Assembly: GCA_016930485.1 (NCBI GenBank)
Contig: JAFGGP010000011.1
Span: 51,196 to 115,195 of the forward strand
Origin: Candidatus Omnitrophota bacterium
GTDB taxonomy: Bacteria > Omnitrophota > Gorgyraeia > JAFGGP01
Reading direction: 5' to 3'
DNA length: 64,000 nt
Made by a program: the position numbers and the translations under genes. Below, piece by piece: positions 1 through 10,232 of this stretch. Position 1 is the first letter of the stretch. Each line of letters begins with the position of its first letter. A model generated the notes under the pieces. That model did not search any database, had not been told where the DNA came from, and worked only from the letters and a program-made list of their open reading frames with translations.

Positions 1-733
1 TACACCGCTTATGGACAGGAAGCCCAAGGAGCTTTCGGGCGGCCAGCGCCAGCGTGTTGCCGTTGGAAGGGCGATTGTCAGAAAGCCGCATGTTTTCTTA
101 TTTGATGAACCGCTTTCCAATCTGGATGCCAAACTGAGGGTCCAGATGAGGACCGAACTTAACAAACTGCATATCCGTCTCCAGTCAACGATGATCTATG
201 TTACCCACGATCAGGTTGAGGCGATGACGATGGGGGACAGAATCGCGGTCATGAAAGACGGCGTTGTTCAGCAGATCGATGACCCGATGACGCTCTACAA
301 TAAGCCGGTGAATCGATTTGTTGCCGGTTTTATCGGGACTCCGCCGATGAACTTCATGGCCGGCACCATCATCAAGAGCGGGGGCAAAATTTATTTCGAC
401 GAAGGCAATTTTAAGGTCCGGGTCGTCGATGATATGATGGATACATTGAGCCCGCACCTCAACCGGGACATTATTTTTGGCCTCCGCTCAGAGGATATCT
501 ACGATAAACTATTTGTTTCAGAGGCACCTCCCGAAAACATCATAAAGGTTACCGTGGAGGTAGTGGAACCGATGGGCTCGGATGTTTTTATTTACCTGAA
601 AACCAAGAAGCACTCGTTTACTGCCCGCGTCGGAGGAAATAACCAGCCGGAGGTCAATCAGGAGATCGATCTTGTCTTTGACATGAGCAAGGCCCACTTT
701 TTTGATCCGGAAACAGAACGAGCCATTGTTTAA
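1..733 (+). CDS. Sugar-type ABC transporter ATP-binding subunit (MalK/UgpC-like), 5'-truncated at the window edge
   Basis: ABC signature [16 protein letters not shown], Walker [12 protein letters not shown] and H-loop YVTHDQ are present. The C-terminal ~120 aa look like a TOBE/MalK regulatory domain. Walker A must lie upstream of the window. Confidence 0.8.
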   Translation, partial: TPLMDRKPKELSGGQRQRVAVGRAIVRKPHVFLFDEPLSNLDAKLRVQMRTELNKLHIRLQSTMIYVTHDQVEAMTMGDRIAVMKDGVVQQIDDPMTLYNKPVNRFVAGFIGTPPMNFMAGTIIKSGGKIYFDEGNFKVRVVDDMMDTLSPHLNRDIIFGLRSEDIYDKLFVSEAPPENIIKVTVEVVEPMGSDVFIYLKTKKHSFTARVGGNNQPEVNQEIDLVFDMSKAHFFDPETERAIV

Positions 734-772
734 TCTGTTACACATCTCTCAGTCAACGAGAAGGCGTGCTTA

Positions 773-2200
773 ATGGGCGTTAAAACCGCACGATCTCTTA
801 TTGTTATTGCAGCGGTTTCTGTGTATTGCCTGCTTCTTCTCCTCATTTTTGCGACCCCTGCCTCACATATCACAGCCGTCCCCGAGATTCTGACTCCTTC
901 GTTGCTTCTGCTTACTATCGCGCTTGCCGTCGTGTGCGTTTCGGATGGCCCCCTGTTGACAGTCCTCTTCCTTTTTCTTTTTTCCACCATTCCTATTTGT
1001 GCAGCCCTGCGTTTTAAGCATCTTCCGTATCTCTATCACGTTATTTTTCTTTTTACAGCGGCCGGACTCATATACTTTTTTAAGACATTGGTTAACCGCG
1101 AAGGGTCAAAGATAGAGGTTGAAATTCAGCACATCACCGAGGAAAGAAATTTTTTGCTCGAGGAATACAAAAAACGGCAAACACAGCTTGAGAGCCTGAG
1201 AAAAAAGTATAAACGCTATATGAAACTCAAGGATTTTGCCGAGCAGCTCAGCGGTTCGCTGTCTCTAGAGGAGGTTGCGGCCCTTATCGTAACCTGGAGT
1301 TATCACGTGGCGGAAAAAGCGGAAACAGCGCTGCTCTTTTTAGTCGATGAAGAAAAGCAGGAACTCGCCCTTTTTTATTCCAAGGGCAAAACAGGGCATC
1401 CACGGGTCAAGACGAAGAAAGGCGATATTTTTGATCACTGGGTCCTTAAGCAGCGGCAGCCGCTGATTGTACGGGACGCGGGAAAGGACTTTCGATTCAG
1501 CCTGCAGAAGGCCGAAGAGGAGACGCACGTTTCCCGCTCTATTATTTCGGCACCCCTTTTAATTAAACAACGGGTACTGGGGGTGATACGGCTGGATTCC
1601 CCCGTTGCGGATCTTTACACGCCTGACGATTTGAGGCTGCTCGGGATTATGGCCCATATTTCAGCGGTGGCATTGGCCAATGCGTTTTTATATAAGAAAA
1701 CCCTGGAGCTTGCAACCGAAGACGGTCTGACGGGGTTATATCTCAATAGACATTTCAAGGAGCGCCTGTCCGAAGAGATGGCGCGCGCCGTTCGGGAAAA
1801 CACTCCCTGTTCGCTGCTGATGATCGATATCGATGACTTTAAGGTCTACAATGATACGTACGGCCATTCGGCAGGAGATATTGTTCTGAGGGAAATCGCA
1901 GAGATTCTCGCCACTACATACCCGGAGGATGCCATTTGTGCACGGTACGGGGGAGAGGAGTTTACCGTTATTTTACCCGGCTACAACAAAGCCCAGGCAA
2001 GGGATGCGGCTCAGAAGGTCTGCGATCAGGTTGCCGCGCATAAAATACACCTGCGTAGAGAAGAGACCTCGGTGACGGTATCCATCGGGCTCGTTGCCTT
2101 TCCCGACGATGCCATCTCTCCCGAGGAGTTAACGAAGCTGGCCGATAAGGCAATGTACAGCGCCAAACAAAAGGGCAAAAATCAGGTATGGAGTTCATAG
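773..2200 (+). CDS. Membrane-anchored GAF-GGDEF diguanylate cyclase
   Basis: Hydrophobic N-terminal segments, then a coiled-coil-like stretch and a GAF-like region. The GGDEF domain has the DGLTGLYNRHF-type turn and an RYGGEEF active site. Confidence 0.75.
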   Translation: MGVKTARSLIVIAAVSVYCLLLLLIFATPASHITAVPEILTPSLLLLTIALAVVCVSDGPLLTVLFLFLFSTIPICAALRFKHLPYLYHVIFLFTAAGLIYFFKTLVNREGSKIEVEIQHITEERNFLLEEYKKRQTQLESLRKKYKRYMKLKDFAEQLSGSLSLEEVAALIVTWSYHVAEKAETALLFLVDEEKQELALFYSKGKTGHPRVKTKKGDIFDHWVLKQRQPLIVRDAGKDFRFSLQKAEEETHVSRSIISAPLLIKQRVLGVIRLDSPVADLYTPDDLRLLGIMAHISAVALANAFLYKKTLELATEDGLTGLYLNRHFKERLSEEMARAVRENTPCSLLMIDIDDFKVYNDTYGHSAGDIVLREIAEILATTYPEDAICARYGGEEFTVILPGYNKAQARDAAQKVCDQVAAHKIHLRREETSVTVSIGLVAFPDDAISPEELTKLADKAMYSAKQKGKNQVWSS

Positions 2201-3477
2201 GGATTTTTTTGCTGTTGGTGTTTTTTGCGGGTTTTTTCTGGGGTCCGGCTGTTGCGTTATTTTTGGCCATCGGCGAGACGCTGCTGTTCTGTTTATTCTG
2301 CGCAAGGACTGTCCGTGCCCCACTACATCTCCTGGCACCGAGCGGCACTATTATTTTGGCTACCGCCGTTCCTTTGATTTATGCAAAGCTTCGCGAGCAG
2401 TTTTATGAGGAGATCTCGGGGCGACTGGAGGAGATCCGTGCCTCATATGAGGAGTTCACCGAAAAAGACCGGCAGTTACGGGGCGTTATTACCCAGCAGG
2501 AGAAAGAGATCGTCAAACTGGAGCGGATATATGAGATAGCCGAGAAGATGTCCGCGGCGCTTGAATTAAAGGGGAGCTTTGAGATCTTGACGGACATACT
2601 GAGACGCAACTTCTCGTTTGATACCGGCTATCTTGCCCTCCTCGAAGATCAGCATGAATTTGCGGTTAAGCAGATTCTGCAGATAGCCCCTGCCAAAAAG
2701 ACGGTACATCCCTCCATGGCCATTTTAGAGGTCATGAAAAAGAGCTTTGATACCAGAACTATTATTACAGGGGATCCCCGGTTCTCTCTGAGGCTCTCAT
2801 CAGAGCTTCTGTCGGTGAAGGGGACTATTGTATGCATGCCGTTTGGCGTTGAAAAAAAGATCTTCGGTTTGGTTGTGCTTGTCGGGCTTGGTGAGGAGGA
2901 CTTTGGGCGAATAGGGGTTATCGTGAATCAGTTCGGTCTTCATATGCAGCGGATACAACTGTACGAAAGGGTTCAGCAGCTTGCCCTGACCGACGGGCTG
3001 ACCGGGGTGTATGTCAGGAGACATTTTCGGGAGCGGCTTGACGAGGAGATGAAACGCGCGAAGCGACGCAAAACACCGCTTACCCTTCTTATGGTAGATC
3101 TCGATCATTTTAAGTCGTATAATGACCAATTCGGTCATCTGGTAGGCGATGTGCTTCTAAGGGAAGTGGCAGGCATCCTGAACGACAATATCCGGGAAAT
3201 AGATTTAGTGGCCCGTTACGGCGGCGAGGAGTTCTCCATCCTGCTATTGGACACTGCCCTTGAACATGCTATCCTCGTAGCAGAGCGTATCAGGAGCCAG
3301 ACGGCAAAACGGACATTCAGGGCCTACGATGAGACATTGACGTTGACCCTGAGTATCGGATTGGCGCAGTTTCCTTTGCATGCCGATTCGGAGGACGAAC
3401 TTATAGAGGCCGCCGACAGGGCACTCTATCAGGCAAAGGCAACAGGCAGAAATCGTGTTGTGGTGCATTCGGGTTAA
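2188..3477 (+). CDS. Membrane-anchored GAF-GGDEF diguanylate cyclase (paralog of the upstream gene)
   Basis: Same architecture as 773..2200 (TM segments, coiled coil, GAF-like, GGDEF with DGLTGVYVRRHF and RYGGEEF). Overlaps the upstream gene by 13 nt. Confidence 0.75.
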   Translation: MEFIGIFLLLVFFAGFFWGPAVALFLAIGETLLFCLFCARTVRAPLHLLAPSGTIILATAVPLIYAKLREQFYEEISGRLEEIRASYEEFTEKDRQLRGVITQQEKEIVKLERIYEIAEKMSAALELKGSFEILTDILRRNFSFDTGYLALLEDQHEFAVKQILQIAPAKKTVHPSMAILEVMKKSFDTRTIITGDPRFSLRLSSELLSVKGTIVCMPFGVEKKIFGLVVLVGLGEEDFGRIGVIVNQFGLHMQRIQLYERVQQLALTDGLTGVYVRRHFRERLDEEMKRAKRRKTPLTLLMVDLDHFKSYNDQFGHLVGDVLLREVAGILNDNIREIDLVARYGGEEFSILLLDTALEHAILVAERIRSQTAKRTFRAYDETLTLTLSIGLAQFPLHADSEDELIEAADRALYQAKATGRNRVVVHSG

Positions 3478-3500
3478 CCCTGTTTAATGCGAGGAGTCCC

Positions 3501-4448
3501 GTGAAGACATCCATCGGGGTAGATGTAGGTGGCACAGGAATTAAGGCAGTGATACTGAAGAAGGACGGCTCTGTTGTGGCCAAAAGAGAGATTCCGACGC
3601 CCCCGCGCTTTACCCCGCGTGAGTGTGCCTATGTCTTGAAGGAATTAATCAGGGGGCTTGCGGCCCAAAGCCGGGAGGAGAGGTGTATTGTCGAAGGCAT
3701 CGGAATCGGACTCCCCGGTCTGATAGACCGCAAGAGGGGCATCGTGCGCTATCTGGTCAATATAGAGGGGTGGCGAGATGTCCCCTTGGTGAGTATGCTT
3801 GAGAGAGACCTGAAAAAGAATATGCATATTGACAATGATGTTAACGCCATGTGTTTGGGGCAGCTGCTTTTCGGGCAGGGCCGCCGTTACAGGAATTTTT
3901 TGTGTGTTACACTGGGTACAGGTGTCGGCGGGGCACTGGTTTTTCATAAGCGTCTGTATCGCGGTTCAACGGGCAGCGCCGGGGAGATAGGGCACATGAA
4001 GCTCGTTACCGGTGGCCGGCACTGCAATTGCGGGGCAGACGGGTGCCTTGAGGCGTATATCGGCAATGCAAGGATTGCGGCTAGGGCGCGCAGGCTTTTC
4101 AGGTCCCGAAGGGCAACGCCGTCACGATATACTGCAGGTAGCACACCCGCTTTAGAGGACATTACCGCTGCCGCACGAAAGGGAGACCCTCTGGCAAAGG
4201 GAATCTGGGAGGATGTTGCTCTTTATTTGGGAACGACGCTCGCCAACATCATTAATCTCTTGGATTTGGAGGCGGTCATCGTCGGCGGCGGCGTGGCGAA
4301 CGCAGGTGGCGTCCTTTTTAATCCCCTGAGGCGTGTGATACAGGAAAAGACGATGAGGCAAAAAAACAGAAAGGTCGCCATTCTCCGGGCGATGCTCGGG
4401 AAATATGCCGGTGCTATCGGGGCAGGGGCGTTAACGTGGGAAGAGTAA
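3501..4448 (+). CDS. ROK-family sugar kinase (glucokinase-like)
   Basis: GTG start 5 nt after a GAGGAG RBS. N-terminal GVDVGGTGIKAV ATP-binding motif and the ROK zinc motif CNCGADGCLEAY. Confidence 0.75.
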   Translation: MKTSIGVDVGGTGIKAVILKKDGSVVAKREIPTPPRFTPRECAYVLKELIRGLAAQSREERCIVEGIGIGLPGLIDRKRGIVRYLVNIEGWRDVPLVSMLERDLKKNMHIDNDVNAMCLGQLLFGQGRRYRNFLCVTLGTGVGGALVFHKRLYRGSTGSAGEIGHMKLVTGGRHCNCGADGCLEAYIGNARIAARARRLFRSRRATPSRYTAGSTPALEDITAAARKGDPLAKGIWEDVALYLGTTLANIINLLDLEAVIVGGGVANAGGVLFNPLRRVIQEKTMRQKNRKVAILRAMLGKYAGAIGAGALTWEE

Positions 4449-4588
4449 ACCATGTTTGTTAAATCACGGCCTGAACGCCGGGGGTCTTCTTGCTGCCTAG
4501 GAAGCTATAACACTAGACATCGCCAGCATCAAAAATGCTCATGCGCAACACTACAGGAGCAAGGAACCTCACAAGGAACGCTCTGAAG

Positions 4589-4623
4589 GTGCCAACAAGT
4601 TGGCACGTTCGGTTGCTTTTTTT
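4589..4623 (+). terminator. Candidate intrinsic terminator after the ROK kinase gene
   Basis: 7-bp stem GTGCCAA/TTGGCAC with a 4-nt loop, followed about 10 nt later by a T7 run. The gap between stem and T-run lowers confidence. Confidence 0.35.
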
Positions 4624-4711
4624 CGTCCCTATTCAACAGTATATGAACCGGCGCTTTGAAAAGCCGGGCTTTCTGAATCTAACGGGGTAGAATCAAAAGG
4701 AGACAGAGAAG

Positions 4712-4876
4712 ATGATCGACAAAGAGCTTCTTGAGATACTGGCGTGTCCTGCGTGTAAGTCAAAGGTGAGGCTGGAGGCAGAGAAAATTGTGTGTGGAAA
4801 CTGTAAGAGGAGGTACCCCATCAGAGAGGGGATCCCTGTAATGCTTGTAGAGGAGGCAGAACAGGAAACTGTCTGA
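4712..4876 (+). CDS. Trm112/YcaR-like zinc-ribbon protein (54 aa), not in the supplied ORF track
   Basis: Translation MIDKELLEILACPACKSKVRLEAEKIVCGNCKRRYPIREGIPVMLVEEAEQETV carries the CPxC...CxxC...GIPVML pattern of the Trm112/DUF343 family. AAAAGGAG RBS sits 8 nt upstream of the ATG. Confidence 0.6.
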   Translation: MIDKELLEILACPACKSKVRLEAEKIVCGNCKRRYPIREGIPVMLVEEAEQETV

Positions 4877-4888
4877 GTATCCGATAAC

Positions 4889-7045
4889 ATGTTGTGCAGG
4901 AAAGGGTTAGCATTTATGAGAACGCCTCTCGGTATACGTATCTTTCTCGGAGCAATGTTCGTTTTTGCCTGTGCTACAGCAAGTGTGCCTAGCCCCGCTT
5001 TTTGCCAGGACGAGGACGGATCCATTATTGTCGACGGGGACGAGGTCGAATATCTTACCGACCAGGAAAAGATCAGGGCAAAAGGAAATGTGGTTGTTGT
5101 ATACGGGGGCTCACGGCTTGAGTGCGACGAGATCATAGTCGATGCCGCCACCAAGGATGCGCACTGTATCGGAAGGGTGGCGCTCTATCAGGACGGCAAC
5201 ACGATCGAGGGCGAGGACGTTGTTTATAATTTTGATAAGAATACCGGAAAGATTCAAAACGTTGTCTGGGCTGCGCCTCCTCTCTATGGAAGGGCGAGGA
5301 GCTGTCAGATTATTGCGCGCAATCATATGCGGTTTACGGACGGCTATATATCGACCTGCGATCTGCCGAGACCGCATTACAAAATAAAGGCAAAGTCCTT
5401 TACCGTGTACCCGGACAACCGGATTGAGGCAAGTAACGTCAGCGTATATGCCGGCAGGGTGCCACTCGTGTATATACCGCAGTATAGCCGTTCGCTCAAA
5501 AGCGGCACGAGAACCAGTCTCTCTGTTATCCCGGGCCGGAATAAAAAATGGGGGGAATTTCTTCTGGGTTCGTATAAATATGATTTCACTCCGGATGTGT
5601 GGGCGAATCTACGACTTGACTACCGGTACATGCTGGGTCTCGGAGACGGGGTGGATGTGGGGTATGCGACCCAGAAAGTCGGAAAGGGTCTGGCGAAATT
5701 CTACTATACCCATGAACGTGATCGACATGAAGGGGAGGACAGACCAGGAGAACGTGAACGCTTTCGCGGACAGCTGCGACACACATGGAACATTGACCGG
5801 TTTACGCAGGCATTCGTTGAGTTTCACAAGATGAAGGATGCCGATTTTTTAAAAGACTATTTCTACCGTGAGGAGTATGAACGCGATCCGACCCCCAGCT
5901 CTTTTATTTCGGTTATTCGAAATGCCCCGGATTATGCCGCCGGCATACATGCACGTAAGCGCGTCAACCGCTTTTTTTCAGAAACCGAAAAATTACCGGA
6001 GATTAAATTAAACTGGCGGAATCACCGTATTAAAGATACCGGATTCTACTATACCGCAGATTCGGCTTTTTCCAATCTGACCAATAAGACTGCCGAGAGC
6101 GGCCTTGATGACGATGTTGTACGTTTTGATGCCTCATCGAAGATTTCCTATCTCAAGCGGCTGCGGCATTATTGCGCATTCAGGCCTTTTGTCGGCCTCA
6201 GGCACACCGCATATTCAAAGGATGCCTTTGGGGATGAAACGCGGTTACGAAATTATGCTACCGCCGGCATCGATGCAACAACCCGTTTTCATAAGACATA
6301 CGATGTGACCACTCGCATCGGTTTGCTGGAGCTTAACGGTATCCGGCATATCATTACCCCTGTACTCAGGTATGAATACGTTCATGAACCGACCATTCCG
6401 GCCTCCCAGCTTCAGCAGTTTGACAGTCTGGATGCGGTAAAGATGAACGACAGGGTAACGCTGGAGGTGGAGCATACCTTTCAGACAAAGCGGGAAAAAG
6501 ACGGTCAGTCGGCAGTTGTTGATATCGCCCGTTTTCTTACCGCCGCCGATTATCATTTTGGGCCGCGGGAAGGCAGCCGGCTTGCAGATGTATCCGCCGA
6601 TCTTGAAATTTTTCCCGCTGACTGGTGTACACTCGAATCGGACGCTACCTACAATCCGAATACCAGGGATATTGAGGTATGGAATCTTGATTTTACTCTG
6701 AGGCCGACCGACAAGTGGGATGTCGGACTGGGGACCCGGTATCAACAGGATACCGAGACCGAACTAACCACCCAGATTGGATATGTTATCAACCCGAAAT
6801 GGAGCATCCGGGTCTATGAGCGGTTCGATTTTAAAGAGGTGGAGAGCGGGATAAAACGGATTAACCGGCTTAAGGCACAGGAGTATTCCATTACGAGAGA
6901 TCTTCACTGCTGGATAATGCAGCTGACGTATTCCCGTGAGGCAGAGGGGGGAGATACATTCTGGATTGTCTTTAAGCCGAAACTGTTTCCCCGTATTCCA
7001 TACAGGGTAGAGAATACCTATAAGAGCCCGTTTCCCAAGCAGTAA
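4889..7045 (+). CDS. lptD: LPS-assembly outer-membrane protein LptD (OstA family)
   Basis: Signal-peptide-like N-terminus (an alternative start at 4916, MRTPLG..., is likely). OstA/LptA-like beta-jellyroll N-domain (DGDEVEYLTDQEKIRAKGNVVVVYGGSRLECDEIIVD...GRVALYQDGNTIEGEDVVYNF), then a long beta-barrel-like C-terminal region with alternating aromatic residues. Confidence 0.65.
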   Translation: MLCRKGLAFMRTPLGIRIFLGAMFVFACATASVPSPAFCQDEDGSIIVDGDEVEYLTDQEKIRAKGNVVVVYGGSRLECDEIIVDAATKDAHCIGRVALYQDGNTIEGEDVVYNFDKNTGKIQNVVWAAPPLYGRARSCQIIARNHMRFTDGYISTCDLPRPHYKIKAKSFTVYPDNRIEASNVSVYAGRVPLVYIPQYSRSLKSGTRTSLSVIPGRNKKWGEFLLGSYKYDFTPDVWANLRLDYRYMLGLGDGVDVGYATQKVGKGLAKFYYTHERDRHEGEDRPGERERFRGQLRHTWNIDRFTQAFVEFHKMKDADFLKDYFYREEYERDPTPSSFISVIRNAPDYAAGIHARKRVNRFFSETEKLPEIKLNWRNHRIKDTGFYYTADSAFSNLTNKTAESGLDDDVVRFDASSKISYLKRLRHYCAFRPFVGLRHTAYSKDAFGDETRLRNYATAGIDATTRFHKTYDVTTRIGLLELNGIRHIITPVLRYEYVHEPTIPASQLQQFDSLDAVKMNDRVTLEVEHTFQTKREKDGQSAVVDIARFLTAADYHFGPREGSRLADVSADLEIFPADWCTLESDATYNPNTRDIEVWNLDFTLRPTDKWDVGLGTRYQQDTETELTTQIGYVINPKWSIRVYERFDFKEVESGIKRINRLKAQEYSITRDLHCWIMQLTYSREAEGGDTFWIVFKPKLFPRIPYRVENTYKSPFPKQ

Positions 7046-7132
7046 GAAGATTTTGTCTTGGGCCCTGGTTTTACTTGTGGCGGCCCATGCTTTTAGATAT
7101 AATAACATTTCAAAAACAGAGGAGCATTGATT

Positions 7133-8452
7133 ATGGATGTTGCGATTATCGGCACAGGATATGTCGGACTGGTCACTGGTACCTGTTTTGCTGAATTGGG
7201 AAACCGGGTGATCTGCGTTGATAACAATGAGAGCAAGATAGCGATGCTCAAAAAAGGGCAGATGCCGATATACGAACCGGGCCTTAAGGAGATGGTTGTT
7301 CATAACTTGAAGGAATCGCGCCTCTCATTTACGACGGATATAAAGGAAGCGGTCAAAAATTCAAAAATAATTTTTATCGCCGTCGGTACGCCCCCGCTGC
7401 CCAACGGGGAGGCCGATTTATCTTTTGTCGAGGATGTCGCATGTCAGATTGCCCGCCACATGACGTCATACCGGCTTATCGTAGAAAAAAGCACCGTACC
7501 GGTTGAGACAGGAAAGTGGGTCGAACATACCCTGCGGGTTAACCTGAAGCGAAAGATAACTTTTGACGTTGCCTCAAACCCCGAATTTTTACGGGAAGGC
7601 AGTGCCATTAATGACTTTATGCATCCGGATAGAATTGTGCTGGGTGTGGAGACAAAACGTGCACAGGCGCTCTTGGAGCAGCTCTATAAGCCGCTCGGCG
7701 CCTCTATCGTCGTTACCGACATTAAAAGCGCCGAGATTATCAAGCATGCCTCAAATTCCTTTCTTGCGGCCAAGATATCCTTTATTAACGCGATTGCCAC
7801 TGTATGCGAGCTGGTAGGGGCCGATGTCGTTAAGGTAGCAGAGGGCATGGGACTTGATGCACGCATCAGCGCCGCATTCCTGAATGCGGGCATCGGATTC
7901 GGCGGATCCTGTTTTCCCAAGGATATCGACGCCTTTATTCACATCGCCGAAAAGGCTGGGTATGACTTTTCTCTCCTTAAGGTTGTGCGTCAGATCAACG
8001 AGGCCCAGAAGGTACTGGCTGTGGAGAAGGTTAAGCAGGCATTGTGGTTGATTCCGGGAAAGACGATAGGGGTGTGGGGACTTGCCTTCAAGCCCGGCAC
8101 CGACGATATGCGCCTGGCACCCGCCATTGATATTATTAATGCACTTCAGGCAGAAGGGGCCAAGGTCCAGGCTTTTGACCCTCAGGCAATGTCCAAGGCG
8201 CGGAACGTACTCAAGAAGATTGCGTACTGCAAAGGCCCCTACGAGGCGGCCAGAGGGGCAGACTGTCTTATTATTGCCACCGAGTGGAATGAGTTCAAGA
8301 CACTCGACCTTGAGAAGGTGAAGCGCCTTATGAAGCAGCCGATCGTTGTCGACGGCAGAAACATGTATGACCCGGCAATAATGCGGAAACTAGGCTTTAC
8401 GTACATAGGAATCGGCAGGGGCTATTATCATCCATTAAAGAGGAGCACATAA
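7133..8452 (+). CDS. ugd: UDP-glucose 6-dehydrogenase
   Basis: MDVAIIGTGYVGLVTGTCFAELGN Rossmann start, catalytic-Cys region GFGGSCFPKDI, and a UDPG_MGDP_dh C-terminal domain. AGAGGAG RBS lies upstream of the ATG at 7133. Confidence 0.8.
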   Translation: MDVAIIGTGYVGLVTGTCFAELGNRVICVDNNESKIAMLKKGQMPIYEPGLKEMVVHNLKESRLSFTTDIKEAVKNSKIIFIAVGTPPLPNGEADLSFVEDVACQIARHMTSYRLIVEKSTVPVETGKWVEHTLRVNLKRKITFDVASNPEFLREGSAINDFMHPDRIVLGVETKRAQALLEQLYKPLGASIVVTDIKSAEIIKHASNSFLAAKISFINAIATVCELVGADVVKVAEGMGLDARISAAFLNAGIGFGGSCFPKDIDAFIHIAEKAGYDFSLLKVVRQINEAQKVLAVEKVKQALWLIPGKTIGVWGLAFKPGTDDMRLAPAIDIINALQAEGAKVQAFDPQAMSKARNVLKKIAYCKGPYEAARGADCLIIATEWNEFKTLDLEKVKRLMKQPIVVDGRNMYDPAIMRKLGFTYIGIGRGYYHPLKRST

Positions 8453-8455
8453 GCC

Positions 8456-8911
8456 ATGATAGACGGTGTAGCAGTAAAAAAATTGCGGGTCATCCCCGAC
8501 GGAAGAGGACGCCTCATGGAGCTGTTACGCAGCGATGAAGAGATGTTTGAGAAATTCGGCCAGGTCTATATCACTGTGGTCAATCCCGGCGTGGTCAAAG
8601 GGTGGCACTATCATAAAAAGCAGACCGATCATATTGCCTGCATCAGCGGCATGATGAAGCTCGTGCTGTATGACACGCGGGAAAAATCACCTACTTATGG
8701 CCAGGTCAATGAATTCTATTGCGGGATTCACAGTCCTGTTCTGGTAAAGATACCACCTCTGGTGGCCCACGGAATGATGTGCATTGGTTCGGTCGAGACG
8801 ATAGCGATGAACGTGCCTACGGAACTGTATAATTATACAGAACCGGACGAATTTCGCATCGCCCCTCACTCCGGAGAGATTCCCTACGAATGGACGGTTA
8901 AGGACGGATAA
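8456..8911 (+). CDS. Cupin-fold nucleotide-sugar isomerase/epimerase (WxcM/FdtA- or RmlC-like)
   Basis: 151 aa, His-rich cupin core (GWHYHKKQTDHIACISG...LVLYD...NEFYCG). The size and motifs resemble small sugar 3,4-ketoisomerases and 3,5-epimerases. Confidence 0.45.
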   Translation: MIDGVAVKKLRVIPDGRGRLMELLRSDEEMFEKFGQVYITVVNPGVVKGWHYHKKQTDHIACISGMMKLVLYDTREKSPTYGQVNEFYCGIHSPVLVKIPPLVAHGMMCIGSVETIAMNVPTELYNYTEPDEFRIAPHSGEIPYEWTVKDG

Positions 8912-8912
8912 T

Positions 8913-10232
8913 ATGTATTATAAGGAACTGAAAAGGAAGATTCTAGCCAGAAAGGCTACGATTAGCGTTATCGGATTAGGCTATGTCGGTCTTCCGCTGA
9001 GCTGCGAGTTTGCGTCGCGGGGTTTTCGGGTGATTGGTATCGATCTCGACGAAACGCGCATCCGGTCGATAGCCGAAGGCACATCGTACATTCTTGATGT
9101 GCCGAGCCAACAGGTGAAGTCGTTTGTCAGTGCCGGCAGTCTGCGGGCGGAGGGCACCTTTGATGTGTTGAAAGAGGCCGACGCCATTATTATCTGCGTT
9201 CCTACACCGCTGGGAAAAACGCGAGAACCCGATATTTCATATATACTTTCCGCAACCGAACATATCAGTAGATGGTTGCGGAAGGGGCAGTTGATTGTAC
9301 TGGAGAGCACGACGTATCCGGGGACAACGGAGGAAATTATTCTACCGATGCTGAGCCAGAAGGGCTATACGGTAGGCAGGGATTTCTTTCTTGCCTTTAG
9401 TCCTGAGCGCGTCGATCCCGGCAATACCGAATTTCCACCCCATAAGATACCGAAGGTGGTCGGCGGGGTAACTGCCCATTGCTCCCGGGTGGCCTATACC
9501 CTGTATCACTCTATTATTGAGGAGGTTATTGCCGTCTCAACGCCCAGGACGGCCGAACTGGTAAAGCTGCTGGAGAACACCTTCCGCAGTGTCAATATTG
9601 CACTGGTCAATGAGGTGGCCCTTATGTGCAATAAACTGGGAGCCGATGTATGGGAGGTGATAAGGGCGGCCGGTTCTAAGCCCTTTGGCTTTATGCCGTT
9701 TTATCCGGGCCCCGGGCTGGGCGGTCATTGCATCCCCATCGATCCGGTATATTTGACGTGGAAGTCCCGCCTGAACGGATATACGCCGAAGTTTATCGAG
9801 CTTGCCGGCGAGATCAACCAGCAGATGCCTTCATACGTATTCTCGCGCATTCAGGACTCGCTCAACCTGCGGGGGAAGAGCCTGAAACGCTCTAAGATCC
9901 TTGTGATCGGCGTTGCATACAAGAGAAATGTCTCTGATACACGGGAGTCGCCGGCGCTGGAGATCATGAATTTGCTTCTGGCAAAGGGGGCAAAAGTAGA
10001 GTACCACGATCCCTATGTCCCGCACCTTACGGTACATAATGAGAACAAAAAATCGGTATCGCTCACAAGAGAGGAACTGCGAAAATATGACTGTGTTGTT
10101 GTCATAACCGACCATTCTTCAATAGATTACAATTCTATTGTAAAGGGCTCAAAGCTGATCATCGACACACGAAATGCACTGTCAACCTACACCAAAATCA
10201 AGAGGCCTTCTAAAAAGGTGGTTAAATTATGA
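8913..10232 (+). CDS. UDP-N-acetyl-D-hexosamine 6-dehydrogenase (TviB/WbpA/WecC family)
   Basis: ISVIGLGYVGLPLSCEFA Rossmann motif and nucleotide-sugar dehydrogenase central and C-terminal domains (GGHCIPIDP catalytic-Cys region). Confidence 0.75.
   Translation: MYYKELKRKILARKATISVIGLGYVGLPLSCEFASRGFRVIGIDLDETRIRSIAEGTSYILDVPSQQVKSFVSAGSLRAEGTFDVLKEADAIIICVPTPLGKTREPDISYILSATEHISRWLRKGQLIVLESTTYPGTTEEIILPMLSQKGYTVGRDFFLAFSPERVDPGNTEFPPHKIPKVVGGVTAHCSRVAYTLYHSIIEEVIAVSTPRTAELVKLLENTFRSVNIALVNEVALMCNKLGADVWEVIRAAGSKPFGFMPFYPGPGLGGHCIPIDPVYLTWKSRLNGYTPKFIELAGEINQQMPSYVFSRIQDSLNLRGKSLKRSKILVIGVAYKRNVSDTRESPALEIMNLLLAKGAKVEYHDPYVPHLTVHNENKKSVSLTREELRKYDCVVVITDHSSIDYNSIVKGSKLIIDTRNALSTYTKIKRPSKKVVKL

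Noticed and set aside
826-1017. Small same-strand and opposite-strand ORFs of 60-130 aa nested inside larger genes
   Set aside because: They lie wholly within well-supported CDSs in other frames and have no domain signatures.
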